From an uncultured Streptococcus sp. (lineage in GTDB: Bacteria > Bacillota > Bacilli > Lactobacillales > Aerococcaceae): DNA of 53,436 nucleotides. Made by a program: the position numbers and the translations under genes. The notes beneath the pieces were generated by a model. It made no database searches. It saw only the letters and a program-made list of their open reading frames with translations, and was not told the DNA's origin. Location: positions 1-53,436 of the forward strand of contig CAUPXN010000001.1 in NCBI GenBank assembly GCA_963515505.1. The letters run 5' to 3'. Positions 40,740 to 50,245 of this stretch are shown piece by piece. Each line of letters opens with the position of its first letter. Position 1 is the first letter of the stretch.

Positions 40740-41762
40740 TCACTTCCCTTCAAAAGCCGCACGAGAAGCGTTCCATTCGTCTTCTGTCAATGTACGAATG
40801 CCTTCTCCTGGAAGCGTTGGGATGAGTTTTTCACTCGGGAATACTTTGCCAAGTTCTTCCATAATCGCAGGAATATCACTCGCCTTGCAGATGACTTTGA
40901 CGTTTGGCCCAGCATCCATCGTGAAGTAGGCCGGAATACCTCGTTCTTCTCGAATCGTACGAATCGTTTGTTGGGCGATAATACTCTCCGGTTCGAAATA
41001 ACAGAATGGAGGGTTACTTGCCAGCATCGTAGCGTGCATTTTCATGCCGTTAAATTCCGCAATAGAGCCGATACGATGAATATCGCGGTCCTTGATGGCC
41101 TCTTTGATGTCGGCTAAATCGGTCGCCGCTGAAGTGACCCAACCTTCGTAAAACGGAGAAGTAGAAACGGTCAGTTCCATGCCGGCACGACTCGAAATTT
41201 TCTTCTCAGTCGCACTCACGACGATAATAATCATCCCGATGTCAAAGTTTGCATCGTCGACAGGAATCGCCATACTGTTCTCGTTGGAGTCACCCTTATT
41301 CCATTCGACAAATCCGTCAAAGAGACTACGAGTAGCACTGCCGCTACCACGACGCGCGTAAGTCGATAATTGTTGGGCAGTCAAGTGAAGGCCTGTCGCC
41401 TCGTTCATAGCACCAGCTAGTGCCGCAAAGGCGGAAGCAGAGCTCGCAAGGCCTGCAGCTGTTGGTACGAAGTTTAAGCTCTCGACACGAGCACGACGCG
41501 TATCTCCTGTTTCAGCGCGGAACAAGTCTAAGAAGCGCGTAATTTTAGCCGTTGCCGCTTCGTCTTGTTTTACTCCGTTAAGGTAGAACTCATCTTCTGT
41601 TAAAGCGTCTGTGAGTTCGACTTTAGTATCGGTATAAAAGGCTTCGAGGGTCAAAGAAAGACTACTATTCATCGGAATGAAGAGTTCCTTATTTTCCTTT
41701 CCCCAATATTTAATCAGTGCGATATTCGTATGCGCACGCGTGATTCCAATGTTCGATGTCAT
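40740..41762 (-). CDS. mvaD: Diphosphomevalonate decarboxylase
   Basis: HTNIALIKYWGK, PTAAGLASSAS, TMDAGPNVK. Confidence 0.96.
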   Translation of the reverse strand: MTSNIGITRAHTNIALIKYWGKENKELFIPMNSSLSLTLEAFYTDTKVELTDALTEDEFYLNGVKQDEAATAKITRFLDLFRAETGDTRRARVESLNFVPTAAGLASSASAFAALAGAMNEATGLHLTAQQLSTYARRGSGSATRSLFDGFVEWNKGDSNENSMAIPVDDANFDIGMIIIVVSATEKKISSRAGMELTVSTSPFYEGWVTSAATDLADIKEAIKDRDIHRIGSIAEFNGMKMHATMLASNPPFCYFEPESIIAQQTIRTIREERGIPAYFTMDAGPNVKVICKASDIPAIMEELGKVFPSEKLIPTLPGEGIRTLTEDEWNASRAAFEGK

Positions 41763-42733
41763 TTGGTATTCTCCTTTTTCGCCAGCGACTGGATCCAGAC
41801 CGCCTGCGCTCCTTGTTTCATGAATTGTTCTTGTAAATGAAGGGCGTCTTCCTCGGTTTCAACGAGGGCAATCATGCATCCGCCGAGGCCGCCACCTGTC
41901 ACTTTTGCCCCAAGTGCGTTGTTTTGATGGGCCGTATCGACGAGTGTATCGATAACGTCATGCGACACTCCAAGTTGTTGGAGACGCTCATGGTTTTCGC
42001 TCATTAGTTGCCCTAGTTTTTGTGGGTCTTGTTCCTCGATGGCTTCTTTCGTTTCATTCACGATCGCGCCAATCGATTGGACTGTATCCGAGCCAGTCTC
42101 CTGTGTAGTAGGGTCGATGATGCGTTCTTGCAGGGTGCTGACATGTTGCACCGCTTGTTTCGTGTTCCCTGTAACTCCAGAGTCGGCAATCACGAGGTAT
42201 GCTGGCATATCGAGGTGGAGCGTTTGTAGTTCTTGTTCTTTTTGGAAAAATACAGGACGCGTCCCGCTCGTTGTCGCCGTATCGACGCCACTCGGATTTC
42301 CATGCGAAATGGTTTCTGCGCCTTGAACGATGTCCCATAAGGTTTCTTCAGGAAGAGTCGCATCACAAAAATCAAAAATGGCACGCACCACTGCAACGCT
42401 GACGGCAGCGCTCGAGCCCATTCCACGTTCTGCAGGAATCGTTGACTCAATCGAGAGCGTAAAAGTATGAGCCGTCACTTCTTTTGCAGAGGCCGCTTTG
42501 AACGCTTCGCGAATCGCAAATTGTAGACCTGCCATCGAAGTAGGCATGTCTGTTACGTCGCCTGTATAAAGTTCACATTGAATCGTTTGGCCTTCTTTTG
42601 AAGAAACGATATCCGCCTTCACGTAAACCGCGTCAATTGGCAGTGCAATCGCTGGTTCGTGGTACACAACGGCATGTTCACCGGCAAGAATAATCTTTCC
42701 ATTTGCCAGGCCTGTTCCTGTTTGTGGTTTCAT
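41759..42733 (-). CDS. mvaK1: Mevalonate kinase
   Basis: GKIILAGEHAVVY, PAERGMGSSAA, HGNPSGVD, KVTGGGLGG. Confidence 0.95.
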   Translation of the reverse strand: MKPQTGTGLANGKIILAGEHAVVYHEPAIALPIDAVYVKADIVSSKEGQTIQCELYTGDVTDMPTSMAGLQFAIREAFKAASAKEVTAHTFTLSIESTIPAERGMGSSAAVSVAVVRAIFDFCDATLPEETLWDIVQGAETISHGNPSGVDTATTSGTRPVFFQKEQELQTLHLDMPAYLVIADSGVTGNTKQAVQHVSTLQERIIDPTTQETGSDTVQSIGAIVNETKEAIEEQDPQKLGQLMSENHERLQQLGVSHDVIDTLVDTAHQNNALGAKVTGGGLGGCMIALVETEEDALHLQEQFMKQGAQAVWIQSLAKKENTK

Positions 42734-42903
42734 ACGACAAATCCTTTCCTTATATTCACTTTTCATTCTACTAAATCCACGCCCCGACGTAAACAAACAC
42801 GGCGATTTCATGGGAAAAACTTAAGATAATGAAAAATAGAAACCGTGTTCAACATGTGGTACAATTCAAGAATAGGACTCAGTAGCTGAAGGAGACGAAT
42901 CCG

Positions 42904-43827
42904 TTGAAAGAAAACGAGACGTATTACCAAATTAAACGAGATGAGTGGAGCCAGTACGAAGGTGCCCATCCATTCACAATGACGAGAGAAGAACTTGCGC
43001 ACTTAACATCTTTAAACGACCGCATTTCCCTACAGGACGTGCAAGAAGTGTATGTGCCAATGCTCGATTATTTCGATTTATACTTTAAAAAACATATTGA
43101 ATTACGCACGGAGGAACAGCAATTTCTTCATCAAACGAAGAAAACAGTGCCGTTTATTATCGGGGTTTCTGGGAGTGTGGCCGTTGGGAAGAGTACGACA
43201 GCCCGCTTGATGCAAACGATGCTGCAACAACGCTACCCGGATAAGCGCGTGTTCCTAATGACAACGGACGGATTCTTATTACCGACCCAGGAGTTGATTA
43301 ACCGTGGAATCTTGGATCGCAAAGGGTTCCCGGAAAGTTACGATATGGAAGCTCTCGTTCATTTCTTACTCGAAGTGAAGACGGGAAATCCAAGCGTGGA
43401 TGCACCGGTATATTCGCATGAGATTTACGATATTGTGCCAGGGGAAGTGCAAACGATTGAGTCGCCTGACATCTTGATTGTTGAGGGGATTAATGTGTTG
43501 CAACTGCCGCCAAATCGTGAAATTTACGTGAGTGATTTCTTCGACTGGTCGATTTTCGTAGATGCTGATGCGACGTTGATTGAGCAATGGTACTTGGAGC
43601 GTTTCGAGCTCTTGATGGATCGTGCGAAATCACAGCCGGATAACTATTACTATCAATATGCGATTGGGAATCGTGCGGACGCGATTGCGATGGCGAAAGA
43701 TGTGTGGAAGAAGACTAACCTGAAGAACCTTAAGGAATACATCTTACCAACGAAAACCCGCGCCGACTTCATCCTCCATAAAACAGTGGGACATCACATA
43801 GATTTTGTGCAAATTAAAAAATATTAG
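42904..43827 (+). CDS. coaA: Type I pantothenate kinase
   Basis: GSVAVGKSTTAR, RKGFPESYD, PVYSH..YDI, EGINVLQ. Confidence 0.96.
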   Translation: MKENETYYQIKRDEWSQYEGAHPFTMTREELAHLTSLNDRISLQDVQEVYVPMLDYFDLYFKKHIELRTEEQQFLHQTKKTVPFIIGVSGSVAVGKSTTARLMQTMLQQRYPDKRVFLMTTDGFLLPTQELINRGILDRKGFPESYDMEALVHFLLEVKTGNPSVDAPVYSHEIYDIVPGEVQTIESPDILIVEGINVLQLPPNREIYVSDFFDWSIFVDADATLIEQWYLERFELLMDRAKSQPDNYYYQYAIGNRADAIAMAKDVWKKTNLKNLKEYILPTKTRADFILHKTVGHHIDFVQIKKY

Positions 43828-43945
43828 GATACGAGACCGAACGCTCAGAAATGGAACGTTGGACCGGAACAACGCAAGGGACTCGGAACGAGTCGTGCGG
43901 ATGTTTCGGGAAACGCACGCCATTTCTGTGAGGTCGAGTTCAACT
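43824..43945 (+). repeat. Structured repeat family B copy (core 43846-43928)
   Basis: CAGAAATGG...CCATTTCTG hairpin; near-identical direct repeat at 44160-44281. Confidence 0.9.
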
Positions 43946-43963
43946 TCATAAACAAACATAAAC

Positions 43964-44152
43964 ATCGATTACTCAAAATCCTTGCGGATTTTTTTATAAT
44001 CACTGTAATGGGGCACCGGATTGAGCCTACGTCTCAATCTCTACCAAGCTTCAAACTGACTCTACGGGTTTTACCCTAGAGTCAGTAATTCACATTGGTT
44101 GCTATCCCCCATTACTGCGATTATAAAATCCGCTTGATTTTTCGTAATCGAT
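43964..44152. repeat. Structured intergenic repeat, family A copy 2
   Basis: ATCGATTAC...GTAATCGAT termini; homologous to 19039-19225. Confidence 0.85.
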
Positions 44153-44159
44153 TTTTTAT

Positions 44160-44281
44160 TTAGGATAGGAGACCGAGCGTCCAGAAATGGAACGTTGGAC
44201 TGGAACAACGCAAAGGACTCGATCCGAGTCGTGCGGATGTTTCAGGAAACGCACGCCATTTCTGCGAGGTTGACTTCGACT
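44160..44281 (+). repeat. Structured repeat family B copy (core 44182-44264)
   Basis: Direct repeat of 43824-43945 with compensatory changes. Confidence 0.9.
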
Positions 44282-44403
44282 ATTTGTACAAAGTCATATT
44301 TACTCTGTTTTAGTAGGTGAAGCGGTACGGGGTTCTTAGTAAGAGTACGGGAAATCGTAAGAAAGAGTACATCTATGTTCATTGCAAAAAAAAGTAAAAA
44401 ATT

Positions 44404-44472
44404 AAATGTAAAAACCTCTTGACATTTTTAGACAGGAGAGTATAATTTGAAATGTAAAGAGCTCTTGACATT
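44404..44472 (+). promoter_or_regulatory. Consensus promoter overlapped by two palindromic operators
   Basis: TTGACA(44419)-N16-TATAAT(44441); AAATGTAAA-N5-CTTGACATT at 44404 and 44450. Confidence 0.75.
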
Positions 44473-44499
44473 ATTACAAAAATTTGGAGGAACAAAGCC

Positions 44500-44829
44500 A
44501 TGAAAAAGATGGATGAAATGGACAGAGATATTCAGTTGCGTTCTGAGGCGTGGGGCTATAAAACAGCGCTTTTGGGTTTATGTGCATGGACAGGATTTAA
44601 TATCTATCAAGCACTTGTTGGTGGTGGCAAACTTGAAATGCTTCCTTGCTTAATTTTGCTCTTATCTGTAAGTGTGCAAGGATTTGCTCAAACCGCAATG
44701 AAACGCAATATGATTGCTGGTGATGAAGAGTATAAAGAACCAAATAAACTTGTTCAAGGAGTCATTCTAGCAGTTGTCACTGTTATCGTATTATTGGCTG
44801 TTGGCGTTTATTTTTTTCAGAAAGCGTGA
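44500..44829 (+). CDS. Three-TM membrane protein (type often paired with Xre regulators)
   Basis: MKKMDEMD..I.LRS N-terminus, three hydrophobic segments, GGAGG RBS. Confidence 0.8.
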   Translation: MKKMDEMDRDIQLRSEAWGYKTALLGLCAWTGFNIYQALVGGGKLEMLPCLILLLSVSVQGFAQTAMKRNMIAGDEEYKEPNKLVQGVILAVVTVIVLLAVGVYFFQKA

Positions 44830-44835
44830 TGGCAT

Positions 44836-45030
44836 ATGAAAAATAATATTAAACAGCTAAGAAAAGCAGCAGGATTACGACAAGAGGATATGGCAAAAAC
44901 GTTGGGTGTAAGCAGACAGACCATTATTGCCATTGAGAATGATAAATATAATCCTACCCTTGAACTTGCGATGAAGATTGCAAGGTTACTCCAGCTAAAT
45001 GTTGAAGAGATTTTTGTGTTAGAGGACTAA
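44836..45030 (+). CDS. Xre/Cro-family HTH regulator
   Basis: LRQEDMAKTLGVSRQTIIAIENDKYNPTLELA. Confidence 0.92.
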   Translation: MKNNIKQLRKAAGLRQEDMAKTLGVSRQTIIAIENDKYNPTLELAMKIARLLQLNVEEIFVLED

Positions 45031-45200
45031 AAAGGAATAACTGAATACTCAATAAATGAAGAGAGATTCCTATTCGTTGGGGAATCTCTTTTTTTGTAAA
45101 ATCCATAAAAAAAGCTGTTTAAAACGCGGAATAGTAGTGGTAAAATGTAGGTGAAAAATTGTAGCTTGTAGTATGGTTTCTTTAACAATGAGGTGAGGAC

Positions 45201-45704
45201 ATGTACTTAAAAAGTGATCAAGATAAACATCAAAAATTGCCGACTTATGGTGTTGGGCCGTATCTCGTGGCGTGTATAATTGCGATGAATTTGACAGGAT
45301 GGATGCTGAATAAGTCTGTGCTTGAGAGTGGACTGTTAAAGGGTGGATTCAAAGATTTGTTTGATTTAATTGGATTCATCTTAATGTTCGTTGCGACGAG
45401 AATCTGGTGGCTTAGCGTGGTGAAGTCAGATATTGATACGAGCATCCAAAACAATGAACTCAAGACGACTGGAATCTATGCGCGCACACGCAATCCGATT
45501 TACTTTTCGTGGTGGCTCTGCGGCATTGGGAGTATCCTAACCATGCATAATGTGTGGTTATTGCTTCTGATTCCAATTCAGTGGGGGCTATTAACCGTTA
45601 TTATTCGTAATACTGAGGAAAAATGGCTGTACGAACTGCACGGAGAAGCCTATAAGGATTATTGTGCAAGAGTGAATCGATGGATTCCAATCAAGAAAAT
45701 TTGA
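45201..45704 (+). CDS. Isoprenylcysteine carboxylmethyltransferase / PEMT family membrane protein
   Basis: LKTTGIYARTRNPIY...EEKWL...GEAY..Y...V.RWIP. Confidence 0.87.
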   Translation: MYLKSDQDKHQKLPTYGVGPYLVACIIAMNLTGWMLNKSVLESGLLKGGFKDLFDLIGFILMFVATRIWWLSVVKSDIDTSIQNNELKTTGIYARTRNPIYFSWWLCGIGSILTMHNVWLLLLIPIQWGLLTVIIRNTEEKWLYELHGEAYKDYCARVNRWIPIKKI

Positions 45705-45743
45705 TTTTAGAATCGCCAAGACAAAAGAATCAAGGTGAGAGCG

Positions 45744-46607
45744 ATGGCGAAAAAAGATTCTTTAAAACAACAAAAGTTCATGTCGTTTATGTTTAGAGGA
45801 AAAGAAATTTTCAAACCACTAAACACGGGCCATATCGACGAAAGAGTGAGTTGTATCCGGGAATATGTAGCCAATATTTACTTTTACACCAAAGACGGCT
45901 ACACAATTATGATTGATGCAGGATATAACTATGACAGGCTTGCCGAGAAGATGAGGTGGCTAGATATTCGTCCAGAAAGTATCAACGAGATTCTCATTAC
46001 GCACCAAGATACGGACCACGTTGGAGCGATAGAAGTCGATGGCCAGGGATTATTTAAAAATGCAAAAATCTATGTGGGTCGTGTCGAGAATGACTACTTA
46101 GAAGGCCGAGTTCGGCGCAAAGTATACTGGGGGCTCTATAAACTTCCGCAAGTGCATATCGAAAATGACAAAACATTGATAGAAGATGGGGAGATTTTCT
46201 ATATTCACGATATTAAAATCGAAGCCTTTCTTGTACCTGGTCATACGTGGGGACATTTAGTGTATTTAATCGATGATGCGTATTTGTTTACCGGAGATAC
46301 GATTTGGTTTGGTGCAGACGGTGGTTATGCGTTTTTAAACACGCTCGCAGAAGATAGAAAATTACAAAGTGTGTCGTTGAAACGACTAGAAGAAAAGCTC
46401 AGAAAGAGAAATCTTTCGCTAAAAATCATTACAGGACATACCGGATGGACAGATGACTTTGATTTTGCATTTCGTCATGTGGATGAAATCTGCAATGCCT
46501 TGAAGCGCAAACCGAAAGTGCAAGACCCGAAAGCGCCATTTGATGGGTTCGATGAAAGTGGTGATACCGAGGAAAAAGCAAGAACGCTAATTCTTGAAAA
46601 ATGTTAA
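45744..46607 (+). CDS. MBL-fold metallo-hydrolase
   Basis: IDAG, THQDTDHVG, PGHTWGH, FTGD, TGH. Confidence 0.85.
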   Translation: MAKKDSLKQQKFMSFMFRGKEIFKPLNTGHIDERVSCIREYVANIYFYTKDGYTIMIDAGYNYDRLAEKMRWLDIRPESINEILITHQDTDHVGAIEVDGQGLFKNAKIYVGRVENDYLEGRVRRKVYWGLYKLPQVHIENDKTLIEDGEIFYIHDIKIEAFLVPGHTWGHLVYLIDDAYLFTGDTIWFGADGGYAFLNTLAEDRKLQSVSLKRLEEKLRKRNLSLKIITGHTGWTDDFDFAFRHVDEICNALKRKPKVQDPKAPFDGFDESGDTEEKARTLILEKC

Positions 46608-46816
46608 ATGAATACAATTTCTAGCCAGTAGCATGTCTATTGGCTAGTTTTTTGTTAAAAATCAAAAAGTAGCATATTTGCTACTGTAGCATATATGCTA
46701 CATTTCAAAAAATTAAAACACAATTTTTGAGCGTGGTGTCAACACTTAAAAACGTTGATTTGACAATGTTTGTAAAGGGTGAAGCGAGTGAGTGTACACT
46801 CTATATACTAATTTAT

Positions 46817-46873
46817 ATATCCGAATGAAAGCTTGGTGTGACGCGGAAAATGGGCCTAAAAAATCCGAACAAA
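46817..46873 (+). promoter_or_regulatory. PurBox-like sites upstream of guaA
   Basis: AAATCCGAACAAA (46861-46873) and ATATCCGAATGAA (46817-46829) resemble AWWWCCGAACWWT; purR is in the window. Confidence 0.6.
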
Positions 46874-46947
46874 AAATTCAGTTTTTTAAAGTAATTTTCG
46901 TGCTTTTCTGTTACAATGAAAAAGGACTAAAACTAAGGAGGCCTCTT

Positions 46948-48501
46948 ATGACAGCTCAAACCACTTCATTAGAAAAGATTATCGTGCTCGACTTCGGAAG
47001 TCAGTACAATCAGTTGATTACGCGCCGTATTCGTGAATTTGGTGTGTTCAGCGAGTTGCTACACAACGACATTACAGCCGAAGAAATTAAGGCACATGGC
47101 AGCGTAAAAGGGATTATTTTCTCAGGGGGACCACATAGCGTTTATGCAGAAGATGCTTTTACCGTGGATCCTGCGATTTTTGAATTGGGAATTCCAGTGC
47201 TCGGGATTTGCTACGGGATGCAACTGACAACGCATCTGTTCGGTGGAAAGGTAGAATCGTCTACAACGCGTGAATATGGTTCTGCGAAAGTCGATGTCTT
47301 TAATACGACTTCAGGCATTTTCAAAGGGTTAGCTGAAGAGGAAGAGGTACTCATGAGCCACGGCGACCGTATTACTGCGATTCCGGAAGGATTCAGCGTG
47401 ACGGCTTCGAACGCGCACACGCCATTTGCGGCTTTTGAAAACCAAGAGCGTCGCATTTACGGCGTGCAGTTCCACCCAGAAGTGCGCCACAGTATTCACG
47501 GAAACGACATGCTTCGTAACTTCGTGTTCGATATTTGTGGGGCAACAGGCGACTGGTCGATGGACAGCTTTATTGAAATGGAAATTGCGAAAATTCGCGA
47601 AAAAGTGGGTCATAAGAAAGTGTTACTTGGGCTATCTGGTGGGGTAGACTCTAGTGTGGTTGGGGTTCTTTTGCAAAAAGCAATCGGCGACCAACTCATC
47701 TGTATTTTCGTTGACCACGGCTTGCTTCGTAAAGGGGAAGGCGACCAAGTGATGGAGAGCCTTTCTGGTAAATTTGGGCTCAATATTATCCGCGTGAACG
47801 CTCAGGAACGTTTCCTATCGAAACTAAAAGGCGTTAGCGACCCTGAACAAAAACGGAAAATTATCGGAAATGAGTTCGTGTACGTATTCGACGATGAAGC
47901 GGCAAAACTCACGGACGTGGATTTCCTTGCGCAAGGAACGCTCTATACAGACATCATCGAATCCGGAACGAAAACAGCGCAAACCATCAAGTCTCACCAT
48001 AACGTTGGGGGACTTCCAGAGGACATGCAATTCGAACTGATCGAACCGCTCAATACGCTCTTCAAAGACGAAGTGCGCGCCCTTGGAACAGCGCTTGGCA
48101 TGCCAGATTCAATCGTATGGCGCCAACCATTCCCTGGACCAGGACTTGGAATTCGTGTGCTTGGAGAAGTGACAGAAGAAAAACTTGAAATCGTCCGCGA
48201 AACAGACGCCATCCTACGCGAAGAAATCGCCAAAAACGGCCTTGAACGCGACGTATGGCAATACTTCACGGTTCTTCCAGGTATCCGCAGCGTTGGGGTG
48301 ATGGGAGACGGCAGAACGTACGACTACACGATTGGTATCCGTGCCGTAACAAGTATCGACGGTATGACGAGTGACTTCGCTCGCATCCCATGGGAAGTGC
48401 TGCAAACTATCAGCGCCCGTATCGTAAATGAAGTAGCCCACGTCAACCGCGTCGTCTACGACATCACGAGCAAACCGCCGGCAACGATTGAGTGGGAGTA
48501 A
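46948..48501 (+). CDS. guaA: GMP synthase (glutamine-hydrolysing)
   Basis: [37 protein letters not shown]; start at ATG 46948 after AAGGAGG. Confidence 0.98.
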   Translation: MTAQTTSLEKIIVLDFGSQYNQLITRRIREFGVFSELLHNDITAEEIKAHGSVKGIIFSGGPHSVYAEDAFTVDPAIFELGIPVLGICYGMQLTTHLFGGKVESSTTREYGSAKVDVFNTTSGIFKGLAEEEEVLMSHGDRITAIPEGFSVTASNAHTPFAAFENQERRIYGVQFHPEVRHSIHGNDMLRNFVFDICGATGDWSMDSFIEMEIAKIREKVGHKKVLLGLSGGVDSSVVGVLLQKAIGDQLICIFVDHGLLRKGEGDQVMESLSGKFGLNIIRVNAQERFLSKLKGVSDPEQKRKIIGNEFVYVFDDEAAKLTDVDFLAQGTLYTDIIESGTKTAQTIKSHHNVGGLPEDMQFELIEPLNTLFKDEVRALGTALGMPDSIVWRQPFPGPGLGIRVLGEVTEEKLEIVRETDAILREEIAKNGLERDVWQYFTVLPGIRSVGVMGDGRTYDYTIGIRAVTSIDGMTSDFARIPWEVLQTISARIVNEVAHVNRVVYDITSKPPATIEWE

Positions 48502-48557
48502 CAGAAGCAAATATGTTGCTGTTATGAAAGTGTTGAAATTTGTGGGAGATAAAAAGT

Positions 48558-48788
48558 ATGGATATTATATACAAGAAGCAACGATTAGCACTTACACGAT
48601 TTTGGGGCGACAATAGATTGTGTCTAAGGGCTACAGAACCGGAGCAAAAAGAAATGCCTAAAATGCAATTTGTTGGTGGGTATCCCAATGAATGGTACAT
48701 ATTTATTGATGATCTTACAGATGAAGAAAAAAGTGAGATTACAGATATTTATGGCAACTCTATTAGAATACAGGAATTTGATATATAA
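48558..48788 (+). CDS. Hypothetical small acidic protein (76 aa)
   Basis: GGGAG RBS; AT-rich ORF directly after guaA. Confidence 0.65.
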   Translation: MDIIYKKQRLALTRFWGDNRLCLRATEPEQKEMPKMQFVGGYPNEWYIFIDDLTDEEKSEITDIYGNSIRIQEFDI

Positions 48789-48846
48789 ATCCCAGTTTTG
48801 GAACCTTCTGCAGAATGAAAAATTTGAAGTTGCGGAGATGAATGAA

Positions 48847-49002
48847 ATGAATCGCATCTTCAAATATCTAATTGCAAGTATAATTATGGGAGTTACCGTA
48901 TTCTATGCCGTTTATTATACAAAAGGTGAATACAACTATATGGCGGTACCGATAGCGTTCATTCTTAACGTACCAATTTATTTCAGTAGGAAGAAAACTT
49001 AG
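48847..49002 (+). CDS. Small two-TM protein, copy 1 (51 aa)
   Basis: GGAG RBS; MNRIFKYLIASIIMGVTVFYAVYYTKGEYNYMAVPIAFILNVPIYFSRKKT; paralog at 49655. Confidence 0.7.
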   Translation: MNRIFKYLIASIIMGVTVFYAVYYTKGEYNYMAVPIAFILNVPIYFSRKKT

Positions 49003-49036
49003 TTTAGTAAGCTAGCTTTAAAAATAAGCAAAAATG

Positions 49037-49065
49037 AGACCGTAACGACTTCGTTACGGTCTTTT
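49037..49065 (+). terminator. Intrinsic terminator
   Basis: AGACCGTAACG-ACTT-CGTTACGGTCT + T run. Confidence 0.8.
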
Positions 49066-49258
49066 GATTTATAAAACAGAACCAATTTCGTACCAAATTT
49101 TTAAGAATAATGTTAACTCTAATCTAGTAATTCGCAAAAAGGCGCAGTATAATATAAGCAAATGAAAGCGGTTAATTATTAAGGTGCAAACTTGATAGAA
49201 TTTAAATAAAGTATTTGTGTGAATAATAGAATCAAAAAATAACAGGGAGGCGAAATTA

Positions 49259-49351
49259 ATGGATCTTGGAACATATATTTTCGTAGGGATGGTTTCTTTA
49301 GCAATCATCTTAGTTGTTGGTGTTATCAGTTTTATAAAAAAAGATAAATAA
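49259..49351 (+). CDS. 30-aa single-TM peptide (not in ORF track)
   Basis: Strong GGGAGG RBS; MDLGTYIFVGMVSLAIILVVGVISFIKKDK*. Confidence 0.6.
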   Translation: MDLGTYIFVGMVSLAIILVVGVISFIKKDK

Positions 49352-49427
49352 TGATATGACAGACTTGATTAAAGAAAAATAATTAAATAGAGGAGAATTG
49401 CTAAAAAGAAGTAAGGAGAAGGTTAAA

Positions 49428-49631
49428 ATGAGACAATTAAGCGGTATTAAAGTGTTTCTCTTTGGGTATTTATGTTATGTAGTCTTGGCCGTGTTTCTTG
49501 ACCTATTTCTTGGATTCGATCAATGGAATCGCGAGCTTAGATTTATATTCATGTTCTTCGTTTTTGGGACGTTCTCTATATTTTTGAGCAAGGGTTATTT
49601 CGATAAGTTTTTAAGCAAAAAGATTAAATAG
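49428..49631 (+). CDS. Small two-TM hypothetical protein (67 aa)
   Basis: AAGGAG RBS; two hydrophobic helices, basic tail. Confidence 0.65.
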   Translation: MRQLSGIKVFLFGYLCYVVLAVFLDLFLGFDQWNRELRFIFMFFVFGTFSIFLSKGYFDKFLSKKIK

Positions 49632-49654
49632 AGTATAGACTGGAGATGAATGTA

Positions 49655-49816
49655 ATGAAACGCATCTTCAAATATCTTATTGTAAGTATAATTATGGGAG
49701 TTACCGTATTCTATGCCGTTTATTATACAAAAGGTGAATATAACTATATGGCAATTCCGATAGCTTTCATTTTTAACGGACCCATTTATTTCAGTAGGAA
49801 GAAAAACTTAGTTTAG
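49655..49816 (+). CDS. Small two-TM protein, copy 2 (53 aa; not in ORF track)
   Basis: MKRIFKYLIVSIIMGVTVFYAVYYTKGEYNYMAIPIAFIFNGPIYFSRKKNLV*; GGAG RBS; terminator at 49843-49873. Confidence 0.7.
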   Translation: MKRIFKYLIVSIIMGVTVFYAVYYTKGEYNYMAIPIAFIFNGPIYFSRKKNLV

Positions 49817-49915
49817 TAAGCTGAGTTTAAAAATATATGGAATAGGCTCTGGAATTTTAGTTCTAGAGCCTTTATTATTGGGGTTGAAAGCCTTTATTTG
49901 AAGGGAGTAGTCGTC

Positions 49916-50245
49916 ATGGATGAAAAGATTGAAATCAAGAAGCAAGATTTCTATGAGATGATGTATTTAATGGAGAAAATTCTGTATATAGCAGAACGCG
50001 CAGGAGCCAGAGAAGATAGCGATAACAACGCGTATTCTTTAGCCATCACCTTTGGAAAAGAGAACGTTTTGCAGGAGCTGCTATCGCTTAGAAGAAAAAT
50101 GAATCGCTACTTAGATGAGCAGAACGAAGCGGAGCTAGAAAAAGTCCTCGAACCAATCGATGACATCACCATTCCCTATGGCCTAACGCTCGAAGCCTTA
50201 CGAAAAGAACTCGAACCGTACTTGCCGAAGAGGGTTGGGGGGTAA
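49916..50245 (+). CDS. Hypothetical acidic helical protein (109 aa)
   Basis: AAGGGAG RBS; intact ORF; no recognised motif. Confidence 0.75.
   Translation: MDEKIEIKKQDFYEMMYLMEKILYIAERAGAREDSDNNAYSLAITFGKENVLQELLSLRRKMNRYLDEQNEAELEKVLEPIDDITIPYGLTLEALRKELEPYLPKRVGG

Noticed and set aside
44322..44372. Short GTACGGG/AAGAGTAC repeats before the Xre module promoter
   Set aside because: Too short and irregular to support a functional call
46700..46945. Purine riboswitch upstream of guaA
   Set aside because: No purine aptamer core recognisable; PurBox-like sites are present instead
48490..48501. Integrated ICE/prophage at the guaA 3' att site (GAGTGGGAGTAA)
   Set aside because: No integrase after guaA and no second att copy seen within the window
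2108..48510. Many short antisense or alternate-frame ORFs in the supplied track (e.g. 2363-2803, 3574-4026, 34408-34980, 38742-39191)
   Set aside because: They overlap well-supported housekeeping genes and have no recognisable motifs; shadow ORFs
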